Part shown: positions 41,781 through 50,884 of the stretch, one piece after another | Layout: each line of letters begins with the position of its first letter | Position numbering within the stretch: position 1 is the first letter of the stretch | Origin: Candidatus Saccharimonadota bacterium | Lineage (GTDB): Bacteria > Patescibacteriota > Saccharimonadia > Saccharimonadales > UBA10212 | DNA length: 64,000 nucleotides | Reading direction: 5' to 3' | Assembly: GCA_016187125.1 (NCBI GenBank) | Contig: JACPKF010000007.1 | Location: forward strand, 835 to 64,834 | Program-made: the position numbers and the translations under genes | The notes under the pieces: model-generated | Told to the model about the DNA's origin: nothing | What the model saw: the letters and a program-made list of their open reading frames with translations, nothing else | Databases searched by the model: none

Positions 41781-42599
41781 CTAGTGCCTGCCCCATCTTC
41801 TGCCCAATTCAGCCTGTCTGTACTCCGTAAAAGAGTTGGCAAACCGCATTACCGGCCAACGAGTGAGGTGCGAGCTATCAGAATAGAGAACAAGCGGTGT
41901 ATCATCGAAAGGCCAAGTTTGGCAGAAATCTTTGCTTTTAAGCCAGACATGTAAGCTAGTTAGGTTGGCAAAGGATATTCTTGTCCCAGTCTCGGCAGTG
42001 TAACTTTGAAGGCGTTCGCCGAAGCCTATGCTAGTAACATCTGCTGCAATCCAGCTGACGGGCGTAGACCTAAGAGCTTCTTGAGTTCGGGCAAAACGAT
42101 CAAGATCGGTCCAGTGATAATCCCCATATTCACCAGCCTCTAAACCAATCATTTTTATCAAGTATTGAATATGTGAATAAGAATCTGAATTAGCTGGATC
42201 AAGCTTACTGCCTGCGTAGGCTTTATCCCACAAGCTCTTTATAACTTCGGCTGGCATATTGCTGTGACTAATAAGTTCAGCTAAATCTGCATTAAATGAC
42301 AAGACATGCGGGTTATAATCAACCATAAGTACTCTATCCAGCTGTAGCTCAGGCAAAATTGAAAGCATGCCCCCAGCGCCAATAAATAGACCTATCCCAC
42401 CTCTTATACTCCTTAGACGATCCTGAATAATAGGCGCCAAATCTTTAAAACCTTGATCATTTGATACTGCCCATTTTGGTTTGTCTGTTCTTAGACTTCC
42501 GTAGTCACCGGAAAGGCTAGGATCACCGGAAGAGAAATCGTCATTGTTTAGTCCTACTAAACCATCTATAGGGAAACGTTCAGGAGTAGGAGAATTCAT
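41781..42599 (-). CDS. hypothetical protein (272 aa)
   Basis: Intact ORF. A GxGG stretch (LFIGAGGMLS) hints at a Rossmann-like fold only. Confidence 0.45.
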   Translation of the reverse strand: MNSPTPERFPIDGLVGLNNDDFSSGDPSLSGDYGSLRTDKPKWAVSNDQGFKDLAPIIQDRLRSIRGGIGLFIGAGGMLSILPELQLDRVLMVDYNPHVLSFNADLAELISHSNMPAEVIKSLWDKAYAGSKLDPANSDSYSHIQYLIKMIGLEAGEYGDYHWTDLDRFARTQEALRSTPVSWIAADVTSIGFGERLQSYTAETGTRISFANLTSLHVWLKSKDFCQTWPFDDTPLVLYSDSSHLTRWPVMRFANSFTEYRQAELGRRWGRH

Positions 42600-42732
42600 A
42601 GTTTATAACTCTAGTATAATTTTATCAAATTGTCAAAAAGAAGGTTTTTGCCGGTTTTATTTTTTTTGAGGTCTGTCCTTGTAAAAAGCTAGGGAAGATG
42701 GTCCTGCCGCACCATACTTGACAGCTCACTTA

Positions 42733-42811
42733 GAGGTTCGACCTTAAGAAAAGAGAGGTAAAACCTTATAGTTTTATATTTTCAATCTTGCTTTTCCCAA
42801 GGACGGACCTC
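42733..42811. repeat. second copy of the F7 hairpin element
   Basis: gaggttcgaccttaagaaaag ... cttttcccaaggacggacctc. An extra half-site gaggtctgtccttgtaaaaag is at 42668-42688. Confidence 0.65.
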
Positions 42812-42863
42812 CTCACGCTGCCAGAACGGAAAATTGACAAAGGCAGCGTGAGTGTGTTATAAT
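42812..42863 (+). promoter_or_regulatory. ftsK promoter TTGACA-18-TATAAT with an 11-bp inverted repeat bracketing the -35
   Basis: ctcacgctgcc (42812-42822) and ggcagcgtgag (42842-42852) flank TTGACA (42834-42839). TATAAT is at 42858-42863. Confidence 0.5.
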
Positions 42864-42918
42864 TACAACATTATGCCTGCCTGTTTTGGCGGGCATAAAC
42901 GGGTTATAATAGGCAGGT

Positions 42919-45075
42919 ATGGCAAGAAAACGCAAATATACAAAACGCAAAAAAGCCGAGGATAAGCAAAAAACCTCTAATTTTTGGCGAGGTGTCGGCG
43001 GGGTTCTGCTAATAGTTGGCGGCGTTGTACTGGGTTTTGGCGCTTTTATCAATGCCCCAATCCCACAAGATTTCTGGCACGGCGCCTGGTGGGCCTTTGG
43101 CGTCGGTGCGGTAATTGCTCCCTTGGCGTTGATTTATCTTGGTTCACTAAAATTTCTGACCGAAGATCAACAGATACCTTTGCCAAAAATGCTTAGCGTC
43201 TTGGGGTTATTGACTTTTTTTGCCGCTTGGATGCACGTAGCCTTTGGGCGTGGCGGCAACGTCGGACAAACAGTAGGTGAGGTGCTAGAAAGCGCTATGG
43301 GGAACTTCTTGTCCTCGTTGGTCTTTTTTATTCTAAGTCTATTCTTTTTTTTGTTCACCTTGGCGATTGATCCCCGCTCACTACTTAAACTGGCAGCACT
43401 GTTTAAACGGCAGCCCCGTGAGGGTAAAGGAGAAGAAGACCTGGCGGCTTTAAAAAGTAAAATGAGTCCGGACTTTCAACTGCATGAGGGCGTGCCGGTA
43501 GAACATCACTCCGGCAGAGGTCTGAGCAGTCTGCGCAACACTGCCCAAAAACTGGCGCCTTCAGAAGACCACGCCGCGCTAACTGTAGCCAGCGATCCCG
43601 ACTGGCAATTTCCGCCGCTTAGTCTACTCAGTGATAAGCAAGATAAAGCCGACGCTGGTGATGTAACCGGCAATGCTCAAACCATAAAAGAAACTTTTAC
43701 CAACTTTAATATTGATGTGGAAGTCGAGGGCGCCAATGTCGGCCCGCGAGTGACTCAGTACACGCTTAAGCCGCCCACGGGCGTTAAATTGTCGCGTCTG
43801 ACGACTTTAGAAAACAACCTGGCGCTTGATTTGGCGGCCGACACCATCCGTATGGAGGCTCCGATTCCCGGTAAACGGGCGGTTGGCATTGAAGTGCCTA
43901 ATGTAAAAGCCGCCACAGTCTCGATTTATGGCCTACTGACCAGTTCGGAATGGCAAGAACTAAAGTCGCCGCTGGGAATTACCATCGGTAAAGACATTTC
44001 CGGGAACCCGGTGGTTGGCGATCTGGACAAAATGCCGCACTTGCTGATTGCTGGCCAAACCGGCTCTGGCAAAAGCGTTATGATCAACACCATACTAACC
44101 AGCTTACTTTATAAAAAGAGCCCATCCGAGCTTAAGCTTATCCTAGTTGATCCAAAGCAAGTTGAGATGAACCTTTATAGCGATATTCCCCATCTGTTGA
44201 GTCCAGTGATTCATGAGCCCGAAAAATGCATCAGCGCGCTTAAGTGGGCGGTAGCCGAGATGGAACGGCGCTTGAGAGCTTTTGCCGCGGTGGCTAAGCG
44301 CAACATCGGCGAATACAACGAGCTTAAGCAAGAAGAAGGCATGCCCTACATTGTTATTGTCATAGACGAGCTGGCCGATCTGATGATGATGGCGGCCCGC
44401 GATGTGGAGGCCCTAGTGGTACGTTTGGCCCAAAAATCCCGGGCGGCCGGCATACACCTAGTAATAGCTACCCAGCGGCCCAGCGTAGATGTTATTACCG
44501 GCCTGATTAAAGCTAACATCCCAGCTCGCATCGCCTTCACGGTTGTTAGCCAAGTGGACTCCAGGACTATTATCGACCAAGTAGGCGCCGAAAAATTGCT
44601 GGGCCGCGGCGATATGCTTTACAGCATTCCGGAATTTAGCAAGCCAAAGCGCCTGCAGGCCGCTCTTATCAGCGACGCCGAAACCAACAAAGTTTGTGAT
44701 TTTTTGCGCAATCAACGCCCGCCGCAATACGATGATGAGGTGGTCAGCCAGCCAGTTCAGCTAACTGGCCGAGCAGCCTCAGCCCTGAGCATGGAAGGGA
44801 CTGTAGATGATAGCGCCTGGAAAGACGCCGTTGAGGTTGTCATAAATAACAATAAGGCTAGTACTAGCTTGTTGCAGCGCAAGCTGCGGATTGGTTACGG
44901 CCGGGCTTCGCGTTTGATAGATATGATGGAGGAGCAGGATATAGTCGGGCCGTCCGAGGGCTCTCGTCCGCGGGCCGTTTTGGTCCGTAGTATCGATGAT
45001 GTTTTTGGCTCAAGTGAGACTGAGGCCTCTAAAGACGACATCTATGATGAGAATTTCCCCGACGAAAAAATCTAA
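42919..45075 (+). CDS. ftsK: DNA translocase FtsK
   Basis: N-terminal TM helices, Walker A GQTGSGKSV, Walker B IVIVIDELADLMM and the gamma domain LLQRKLRIGYGRASRLID. Confidence 0.92.
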   Translation: MARKRKYTKRKKAEDKQKTSNFWRGVGGVLLIVGGVVLGFGAFINAPIPQDFWHGAWWAFGVGAVIAPLALIYLGSLKFLTEDQQIPLPKMLSVLGLLTFFAAWMHVAFGRGGNVGQTVGEVLESAMGNFLSSLVFFILSLFFFLFTLAIDPRSLLKLAALFKRQPREGKGEEDLAALKSKMSPDFQLHEGVPVEHHSGRGLSSLRNTAQKLAPSEDHAALTVASDPDWQFPPLSLLSDKQDKADAGDVTGNAQTIKETFTNFNIDVEVEGANVGPRVTQYTLKPPTGVKLSRLTTLENNLALDLAADTIRMEAPIPGKRAVGIEVPNVKAATVSIYGLLTSSEWQELKSPLGITIGKDISGNPVVGDLDKMPHLLIAGQTGSGKSVMINTILTSLLYKKSPSELKLILVDPKQVEMNLYSDIPHLLSPVIHEPEKCISALKWAVAEMERRLRAFAAVAKRNIGEYNELKQEEGMPYIVIVIDELADLMMMAARDVEALVVRLAQKSRAAGIHLVIATQRPSVDVITGLIKANIPARIAFTVVSQVDSRTIIDQVGAEKLLGRGDMLYSIPEFSKPKRLQAALISDAETNKVCDFLRNQRPPQYDDEVVSQPVQLTGRAASALSMEGTVDDSAWKDAVEVVINNNKASTSLLQRKLRIGYGRASRLIDMMEEQDIVGPSEGSRPRAVLVRSIDDVFGSSETEASKDDIYDENFPDEKI

Positions 45076-45089
45076 AATTTTTAAACTGT

Positions 45090-45118
45090 TTGACAATTCG
45101 ACTGAATGCTGGTATTAT
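45090..45118 (+). promoter_or_regulatory. promoter TTGACA-17-TATTAT
   Basis: ctgTTTGACAattcgactgaatgctggTATTAT is followed by the SD aggag and the ATG at 45142. Confidence 0.55.
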
Positions 45119-45141
45119 CCTTTCAATAACAGGAGTAAAAT

Positions 45142-45687
45142 ATGAGTTCGATTGAAGAACTAGACCATATAGTCAACCCCGATTATCAAGCCTTTTCATC
45201 CGCAATATTCCCCGGTGGATTACCGGGGGAATATGATCCTATTTGGGAAGCCTATTGGCCCCTTGCGCCTGGGGTTGACGGTCAAGTTGTCCCTGTAGTA
45301 GAAGTTACGCTTGTTAAGGATCAATCAATCGAATTTCGTACTCAAGAAGAAATAGAACATATGTTAGCAACCAACGGCTTAAGAGCCACTGCATTGATTC
45401 GTGGTGGCAAACGACCCAAAGAAGCTTTACCACCAAAACACATCAGAGATGCCAGTCGAGAACCCAAGCTGCAACCTCCCACAAAAGAAGTAGAGGTGCG
45501 CGATGAAAAAACTGGAAAAGTCGTAAGATTGGAAACAGTCCCTATGAGACTTGATGAAAGGGCTAAGCCACCTAGCTATGCGAAACATGTGGGCGCAACA
45601 ATTACTCCCGAAGTACGAGAAAGTGCTATTGACGTACTTCAAAGAGACAGCGAAACACATAAAGACAATCGCCAAAGGGTTCGGTAA
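45142..45687 (+). CDS. hypothetical protein (181 aa)
   Basis: Intact ORF with a good promoter and SD. No motif recognised. Confidence 0.5.
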   Translation: MSSIEELDHIVNPDYQAFSSAIFPGGLPGEYDPIWEAYWPLAPGVDGQVVPVVEVTLVKDQSIEFRTQEEIEHMLATNGLRATALIRGGKRPKEALPPKHIRDASREPKLQPPTKEVEVRDEKTGKVVRLETVPMRLDERAKPPSYAKHVGATITPEVRESAIDVLQRDSETHKDNRQRVR

Positions 45688-45828
45688 GGCTCTATATCAT
45701 ATTTGACTAACAGGGGTAAGTTAGTTAAAATAAAACCATTGTCAACTCAGCTTGCGGCGAAAGGCGCGTAGGTCCACCCGCCTAAACTTCTTAGAAGTTT
45801 TGGTGGGCAAGTCTAAAGGAGGTTCTAT

Positions 45829-46488
45829 ATGAGTGCACGAGCAACGCAGACTGGTGCAATACAAGGCGCGGGTGAGGAGCGCAACGAAGATGTACAAAAT
45901 GGTACATCGAGTAAGCACCGCAGCCCGCAAGCCGACTCCGCCGAAGTAGCTTCGGCTACGAAGGCCGGGCGCACTAATGCGTCTGAAAGCGCTAGCAGAA
46001 TCGGCGGCTCAGCCAGTGAGCAGTACAGTGCGGTGCGTGGGTCGGTGAATCAATATGAGATTGCGGTGTTATACCATCCGGATCTGGAAATTGATCTGGG
46101 AAAAGCCTCTGCTAAGGTAGAACAGATCATCGCTACCAGCGGGGGTAAAATTACCAAAACTGACAATTGGGGCAAGCGCAAGCTGGCTTATCCCATTAAG
46201 AAAAATGACTTTGCGGTGTATGTTTTTTACGATGTGGCAATGGAACCATCAGGCGTAGCCAAAATCGAGCAAACTTTTAATATAACCGATGAGATTATCC
46301 GTTTTTTGATAACCCGGCCGGATTTTAAAGCCAAAGCCAAAGCCGAAGCTCTGGCCAAAGAAAAGGCTAAGAAAGCTGCCGAGAGAAGCGAAAAAGATGA
46401 CGAAGATAAGGACGACGAGCGAGAGACTGAAAAACCTCGTCGTAGTAGAATAATAGCTAAGAACTTGGGACTAGGGACTAAGGACTAA
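45829..46488 (+). CDS. rpsF: 30S ribosomal protein S6 with a repeat-derived 72-aa N-terminal extension (alternative start GTG 46045)
   Basis: The S6 core is YEIAVLYHPDLE...KTDNWGKRKLAYPIKK. A strong SD aaaggagg serves the ATG at 45829. The conventional S6 N-terminus begins at 46045. Confidence 0.85.
   Translation: MSARATQTGAIQGAGEERNEDVQNGTSSKHRSPQADSAEVASATKAGRTNASESASRIGGSASEQYSAVRGSVNQYEIAVLYHPDLEIDLGKASAKVEQIIATSGGKITKTDNWGKRKLAYPIKKNDFAVYVFYDVAMEPSGVAKIEQTFNITDEIIRFLITRPDFKAKAKAEALAKEKAKKAAERSEKDDEDKDDERETEKPRRSRIIAKNLGLGTKD
45832..46044 (+). repeat. F3-related insertion immediately after the rpsF start codon, in frame
   Basis: atacaaggcgcgggtgaggagcgcaacgaagatgtacaaaatggtacatc parallels the fpg/UDG insert core (peptide QGAGEER). 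It also carries the ctccgccgaagtagcttcggctacgaaggccgggcg module. Confidence 0.65.
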
Positions 46489-46523
46489 GGACTAAGGACT
46501 AAATCCGACAAAGGAGGATTTTT

Positions 46524-47042
46524 ATGGCACGAAGTTTTAATCAAGTAGTTTTGATGGGAAATCTCACCCGAGATCCGGATTTGCGGACTACGCCCAGCGG
46601 ACAAAGCGTCTGTAACTTTAGTTTAGCGCTGAACCGAAGCTATAAGGGCCAGGATGGTGAATGGAAAGAAATGACCGACTTTATTGACATTGTGGCTTGG
46701 GGTCCTTTGGGTGAGCGAGTCGCCCAATATTTAACTAAGGGCCGACCGGCGCTGGTTAGCGGCCGGCTGCAAAGCCGCAGCTGGGAGCAAGACGGCCAAA
46801 AGCGTAACAAAGTGGAAGTGGTAGCTCAGGATGTAACATTCTTGGGCAGTCCCAGCGGATCGGCGGCTAGTAGCCTAGCAACGGATGAGCCGACAGCCGC
46901 GGCAAGCGATGATAAAAAAGCCGTTCCGAAAAAGAAAAAAGATGATAAAAATCCGCCAGCTGTCGGAACTAAAGACGAGGAAGATGTTGTGATTGAGGAC
47001 ATCGGCGACGAACCGATTAATTTGGATGATATACCATTCTAA
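46524..47042 (+). CDS. ssb: single-stranded DNA-binding protein
   Basis: OB-fold N-terminus NQVVLMGNLTRDPDLRTTPSGQSV and an acidic tail ending in DDIPF. Confidence 0.92.
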   Translation: MARSFNQVVLMGNLTRDPDLRTTPSGQSVCNFSLALNRSYKGQDGEWKEMTDFIDIVAWGPLGERVAQYLTKGRPALVSGRLQSRSWEQDGQKRNKVEVVAQDVTFLGSPSGSAASSLATDEPTAAASDDKKAVPKKKKDDKNPPAVGTKDEEDVVIEDIGDEPINLDDIPF

Positions 47043-47180
47043 CAATTTTCAATGTCTAATTTTCAATTTTTATTCAATCTTCAAACCACTAATTTACAAA
47101 CGTTTGAGACATTGAGAATTGGATCATTGATTGAAAACTGGTAATTGTAAATTGATAATTCTCGACTGAAAGGAGCATAA
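47043..47180 (+). repeat. ssb-rpsR spacer made of short A/T-rich repeats forming a long hairpin
   Basis: The left arm ttttcaatgtct... pairs with agacattgagaa... Its right part (47121-47160) is the inverted complement of the rpsR-efp spacer (47390-47431). Confidence 0.6.
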
Positions 47181-47384
47181 ATGGCTAAAATATTTAAACA
47201 CCGAACCGACGTAGCTTTTTTTGACTACAAGGATTTTAAAACCTTGCAGCGCTATGTCAACCAATATGGACAGATAGAGCAACGTAAAAAGACTGGTTTA
47301 ACTGAAAGTAAACAACGCCAGCTGGCGCGGGCTATCAAACGTGCTCGCCACATCGCGCTGCTGCCGTTTGTATCTAACGGCTAG
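47181..47384 (+). CDS. rpsR: 30S ribosomal protein S18
   Basis: FFDYKDFKTLQRYVNQYGQIEQRKKTGLTESKQRQLARAIKRARHIALLPF is the S18 pattern. Confidence 0.92.
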   Translation: MAKIFKHRTDVAFFDYKDFKTLQRYVNQYGQIEQRKKTGLTESKQRQLARAIKRARHIALLPFVSNG

Positions 47385-47446
47385 TAAAGCAATTTACAAT
47401 TCTCAATTCACAATTTTCAATCAATGATCGATAACCAATTTTCAAA

Positions 47447-48013
47447 ATGGCTTTAAGTATTACGGAACTCAAGAAGGGGACTATATTTCAGATGGATGGA
47501 ATCCCATACCGAGTTATCGAGTACAGTCAAAAAGTGATGGGGCGGGGCGGTTCGACCGTTAACGTTAAAATTAAAAGTTTGGTTGATGGCAAAGTTCTAG
47601 CCAAAACTTTCCATGGCGGGGAAAAACTAGACTCTGCCGACATAGCTAACCGGCCGGTCCAGTATCTATACGAAAAAGGTGGGCAGTACCATTTCATGGA
47701 CGTTGAAAATTACGACCAGTTCAGTCTGTCGACCGAAGACACGGAGGGCAAAGGGGGATATTTGAAAGAGGGAGATACAGTGACTGCCCAATTTTTTGGC
47801 GGGCGGGTGATAAGCATCGAACTGCCCAAAAACGTGCCGCTAAAAGTTACTTATACTGAAGACGCAGTGAGAGGGGACACCAGCTCGTCTATCACCAAAG
47901 ACGCAACATTGGAAACTGGCGCGACTGTTAAGGTACCAGCTTTTATCAAACAAGGCGATATAATCTCGGTGGATACAACCAATGGCACCTACAAGCAGCG
48001 CGTCAAAAACTAA
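47447..48013 (+). CDS. efp: elongation factor P
   Basis: 188 aa. Contains ELKKGTIFQMDGIPYRVIEY and KVPAFIKQGDII. Confidence 0.95.
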   Translation: MALSITELKKGTIFQMDGIPYRVIEYSQKVMGRGGSTVNVKIKSLVDGKVLAKTFHGGEKLDSADIANRPVQYLYEKGGQYHFMDVENYDQFSLSTEDTEGKGGYLKEGDTVTAQFFGGRVISIELPKNVPLKVTYTEDAVRGDTSSSITKDATLETGATVKVPAFIKQGDIISVDTTNGTYKQRVKN

Positions 48014-48491
48014 CCAGCATCGCTACCTTATTGCCTACTTGTTAGATAGTTTAGAGATTGGAGACAAGTTCCAGCCCTCAGCGCTACATATTACAATTCT
48101 ACCGTGGTTCGCATTGGAAACGGATGAAGGGCCATTTTTGACATGGTTTTATGACCATTTTGACAGAGTGCCGGCTTTTAATGCCGAGGTTGGTACCAGA
48201 AAATTATTTGGCCCTGACAAAGACGTGCCGGTAAGTCTGATGGAGCCAGAGCGTAAGTTTATGCAGCTGCACCTGTTGGCACTGAGCTGGTTTGGCAAAG
48301 TTGGCGCCCGTTGGGCAGAGAAGGATCCCTACGTTGGTAATGATTATATACCCCACGTTGCTCAACGACGGGGTTTTGTTCTCAACGAGGGCGATATTTT
48401 ACCCATATCTTCACTAACCCTGTTTAAAGCCGCCCGTCGCGAAGACCAAATCCGCCGAGTCGCTGCCAAAGCCGTACTTAAACAAGGATAA
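47982..48491 (+). CDS. hypothetical protein, possibly 2H-phosphoesterase-like
   Basis: One clear HxT motif (LHITILPWF) and a weaker second one (PHVAQ). The start is uncertain and overlaps the efp end. Confidence 0.35.
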   Translation: MAPTSSASKTNQHRYLIAYLLDSLEIGDKFQPSALHITILPWFALETDEGPFLTWFYDHFDRVPAFNAEVGTRKLFGPDKDVPVSLMEPERKFMQLHLLALSWFGKVGARWAEKDPYVGNDYIPHVAQRRGFVLNEGDILPISSLTLFKAARREDQIRRVAAKAVLKQG

Positions 48492-48497
48492 CCAATT

Positions 48498-48523
48498 TTC
48501 TAATATTCTTAAGAATATTAGAA
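48498..48523. repeat. perfect 26-nt palindrome ttctaatattctt|aagaatattagaa just upstream of the HTH gene
   Basis: It ends 7 nt before the ATG at 48531 and belongs to the 4-copy palindrome family. Confidence 0.8.
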
Positions 48524-48530
48524 TGTAACT

Positions 48531-48809
48531 ATGAAAACTATCTATTCTTCTCAAGATCTAGCAGATATTTTAAAAGGGGGAGCCAATCATCACAGAATTA
48601 ATATCCTTTTTTTGCTTGATAAGCGAGGCAAGCTAACACTCGACGAAGTTGCTGAGGCATTAAGGGCAAATTATAAAACTATTGCTGTCCACCTTAGCCG
48701 CCTACATAAAAGTGGGCTGGTTACCAAGCGCTATAAAGCTTCAGCTGTCGAGCATGATTTAACACCACGTGCTCGCCATATTCTAAATTTCTTAAGAATA
48801 TTAGAATGA
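48531..48809 (+). CDS. small winged-helix (ArsR-like) DNA-binding protein
   Basis: A 92-aa protein with HHRINILFLLDKRGKLTLDEVAEALRANYKTIAVHLSRLHKSGLV, an HTH pattern. The gene is bracketed by two copies of the palindrome. Confidence 0.6.
   Translation: MKTIYSSQDLADILKGGANHHRINILFLLDKRGKLTLDEVAEALRANYKTIAVHLSRLHKSGLVTKRYKASAVEHDLTPRARHILNFLRILE
48780..48807. repeat. imperfect copy of the palindrome spanning the HTH gene stop and the tlyA start
   Basis: attctaaatttcttaagaatattagaat encodes ILNFLRILE* and contains the tlyA ATG (48806). Confidence 0.75.
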
Positions 48810-49531
48810 CGAGTCTTAAAAGGGTAAGATTGGATCAAAGACTAGTGCAGCTTAGATATACTCCGACGCGTAGCCAGGCAGAAAATTATATTCGACTGGG
48901 TTTTGTAGAAGTCAATGAAAAAGCAGTAACTAAAGCCGGCTTTTTTGTTGCGGATAAAGACAAAATTAGATTAACTAACCCTGAGCATTATGTTAGCCGG
49001 GCCGGTTTAAAACTATCCGATGCTAACAAGTATCTAAAAGTAGACTTTAGCAATAAAGTAGTGCTTGATGTAGGTAGCAGCACGGGTGGTTTTACGGACT
49101 ATGCTCTGCACAAGGGGGCCAAAAAAGTTATTGCCGTGGATGTCGGTACCGACCAACTGCATCTAAAACTTCGTGCAGATGAAAGAATTGAGCTTTACGA
49201 AAAAACCGATATTAGAGACTTTAAGCTAAAATCTGCCCCCGACATTATTATGGTGGATGTCTCGTTTATTTCACTAAATTTGATATTACCTCATTTAGCA
49301 CGATTAAGCAGTTCCAAGACTATAATCATAACCTTACTTAAACCCCAATTTGAGGCTGGAAATGAGCAAATTAACAGGGGTATCATCAAAAATGATAGTA
49401 TACGCCGGACTATCCTAAAGGATTTCGAAAATTGGACAAAAAATTTGTTCAATATTGTCGGCAAAGTTGATAGTAATATTACCGGCTCCAAAGGCAATCG
49501 GGAGCGTTTTTACTTACTTAAAAAACTATAA
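48806..49531 (+). CDS. tlyA: TlyA-family rRNA 2'-O-methyltransferase
   Basis: S4-like N-terminus RLDQRLVQLRYTPTRSQAENYI and FtsJ motif VLDVGSSTGGFTDYALHKGAKKVIAVDVG. Confidence 0.85.
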   Translation: MTSLKRVRLDQRLVQLRYTPTRSQAENYIRLGFVEVNEKAVTKAGFFVADKDKIRLTNPEHYVSRAGLKLSDANKYLKVDFSNKVVLDVGSSTGGFTDYALHKGAKKVIAVDVGTDQLHLKLRADERIELYEKTDIRDFKLKSAPDIIMVDVSFISLNLILPHLARLSSSKTIIITLLKPQFEAGNEQINRGIIKNDSIRRTILKDFENWTKNLFNIVGKVDSNITGSKGNRERFYLLKKL

Positions 49532-49571
49532 GTACTTTTGATAGCCGTTTTTGTTTGTTTAAATTAACGTC

Positions 49572-50759
49572 ATGAGTCAGTCAAAGCAGCAAATAATATT
49601 TTCGCTTATTGGACTACTCCTATTAGTAAGTGGACTTTTCTTTTTAAGAACGTTTCATATTTTCGGAATATTTCCCAAGCAGGATTCTGCTTTAACCGAT
49701 CAACCCAAAACTTCACCACCTACTAAAACTTCTATCATGCAAGCAAGTTATCTAATCTCTGGCGATGTTTTTTGGGGAAGGGGCATTGATTACTTTGCCC
49801 AACAGAGCCCACTTAAATATGATTGGCCGTTTTCTCGCCTTAGTGAGTTTAACCCCGATAAATATGATGGCTGGATCGCCGACATAGAGTGCCCGGTAAC
49901 GGATAAGAAAATTCCATATCAAGTTCAGGTTGATTCATTAATTTTTGCTTGTTCGCCGGATTATTTGCCGGCAGCCAGCAAGTGGTTTGATGTTTTTACA
50001 CTTGCCAATAACCACACCAGCAATACCGGTCCTGACGGATTTGCCGATACCCGCACCAATCTGGCCAAAGCCGGGCGGCAGTTTTTTGGCCATTGGGATT
50101 TGTCCCAAAGACAGGATCTTTGTGAAGTAATAGCGCTTAAGGTAAAAGTTGATAGCCAAGCCAAAAAACTGCCGATTGCCATGTGCGGCTACCACTGGTT
50201 AGCCCGAATGCCCTCGGACGATGAACTGGCTCAAATTAGCCAATACGCGGCTTATTTCCCGGTTTGGGTTTTTCCACACGGGGGAACTGAATATTCCACC
50301 GTCGCCACGCCTGCTCAACAGGAACTGTACCGCAAGATGATTGATCTCGGTGCCGACGCTGTTTTTGCGGATCATCCTCATGTTGTAGAGCCAACCGAGG
50401 CTTACAAAGGCAAGTTAATCGTCTACAACTTGGGCAATCTAATCTTTGATCAGTGGTTTGATCAAGAAGTAACTAAGTCGTTAATTGTTAATGTGGCGCT
50501 GTCAGCTAGCGTGGATAAGAATCTTCAAGCTTATTTGGATATGGGCGAGTCCTGCGCAGTCTTTAAGGACAACTGTCTTGAGACCGCTCAAACTAAGGGA
50601 CTTAAAGCTTATAAGTTAAAATATTCATATAGTATTATTGCCGGTGATAGCTCAAACGCCAGCAGTGATGATCGCCTCAAACACCTCGGTAGCCCCACGG
50701 TTCAGGAGTGGCTGCTTAAGCGGACTAATTGGCCAACAACTCTCTCCGGTCTAAATTGA
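49572..50759 (+). CDS. CapA/PGA_cap-family metallophosphatase-like protein, membrane anchored
   Basis: N-terminal TM helix, LANNHTSNTGPDGFADT and the later FPHGGTEY, ADHPHV motifs typical of CapA. Confidence 0.7.
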   Translation: MSQSKQQIIFSLIGLLLLVSGLFFLRTFHIFGIFPKQDSALTDQPKTSPPTKTSIMQASYLISGDVFWGRGIDYFAQQSPLKYDWPFSRLSEFNPDKYDGWIADIECPVTDKKIPYQVQVDSLIFACSPDYLPAASKWFDVFTLANNHTSNTGPDGFADTRTNLAKAGRQFFGHWDLSQRQDLCEVIALKVKVDSQAKKLPIAMCGYHWLARMPSDDELAQISQYAAYFPVWVFPHGGTEYSTVATPAQQELYRKMIDLGADAVFADHPHVVEPTEAYKGKLIVYNLGNLIFDQWFDQEVTKSLIVNVALSASVDKNLQAYLDMGESCAVFKDNCLETAQTKGLKAYKLKYSYSIIAGDSSNASSDDRLKHLGSPTVQEWLLKRTNWPTTLSGLN

Positions 50760-50884
50760 TCTTAAACTATCGGGAAAATAGCCCGAGATGCGGATTCATT
50801 CCGCACCCGGCGTGATAATCGGGGTCCCCATGAAATTTATTTCATGGGGTATGGTAAGAAACCCCGAAGGGGTGTCTTATAGTT

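Noticed and set aside
42723-42760. tRNA-like T-arm string (aggttcgacct)
   Set aside because: It is the arm of the F7 inverted repeat. No acceptor stem or anticodon arm can be drawn, and no tRNA was recognised anywhere in the window.
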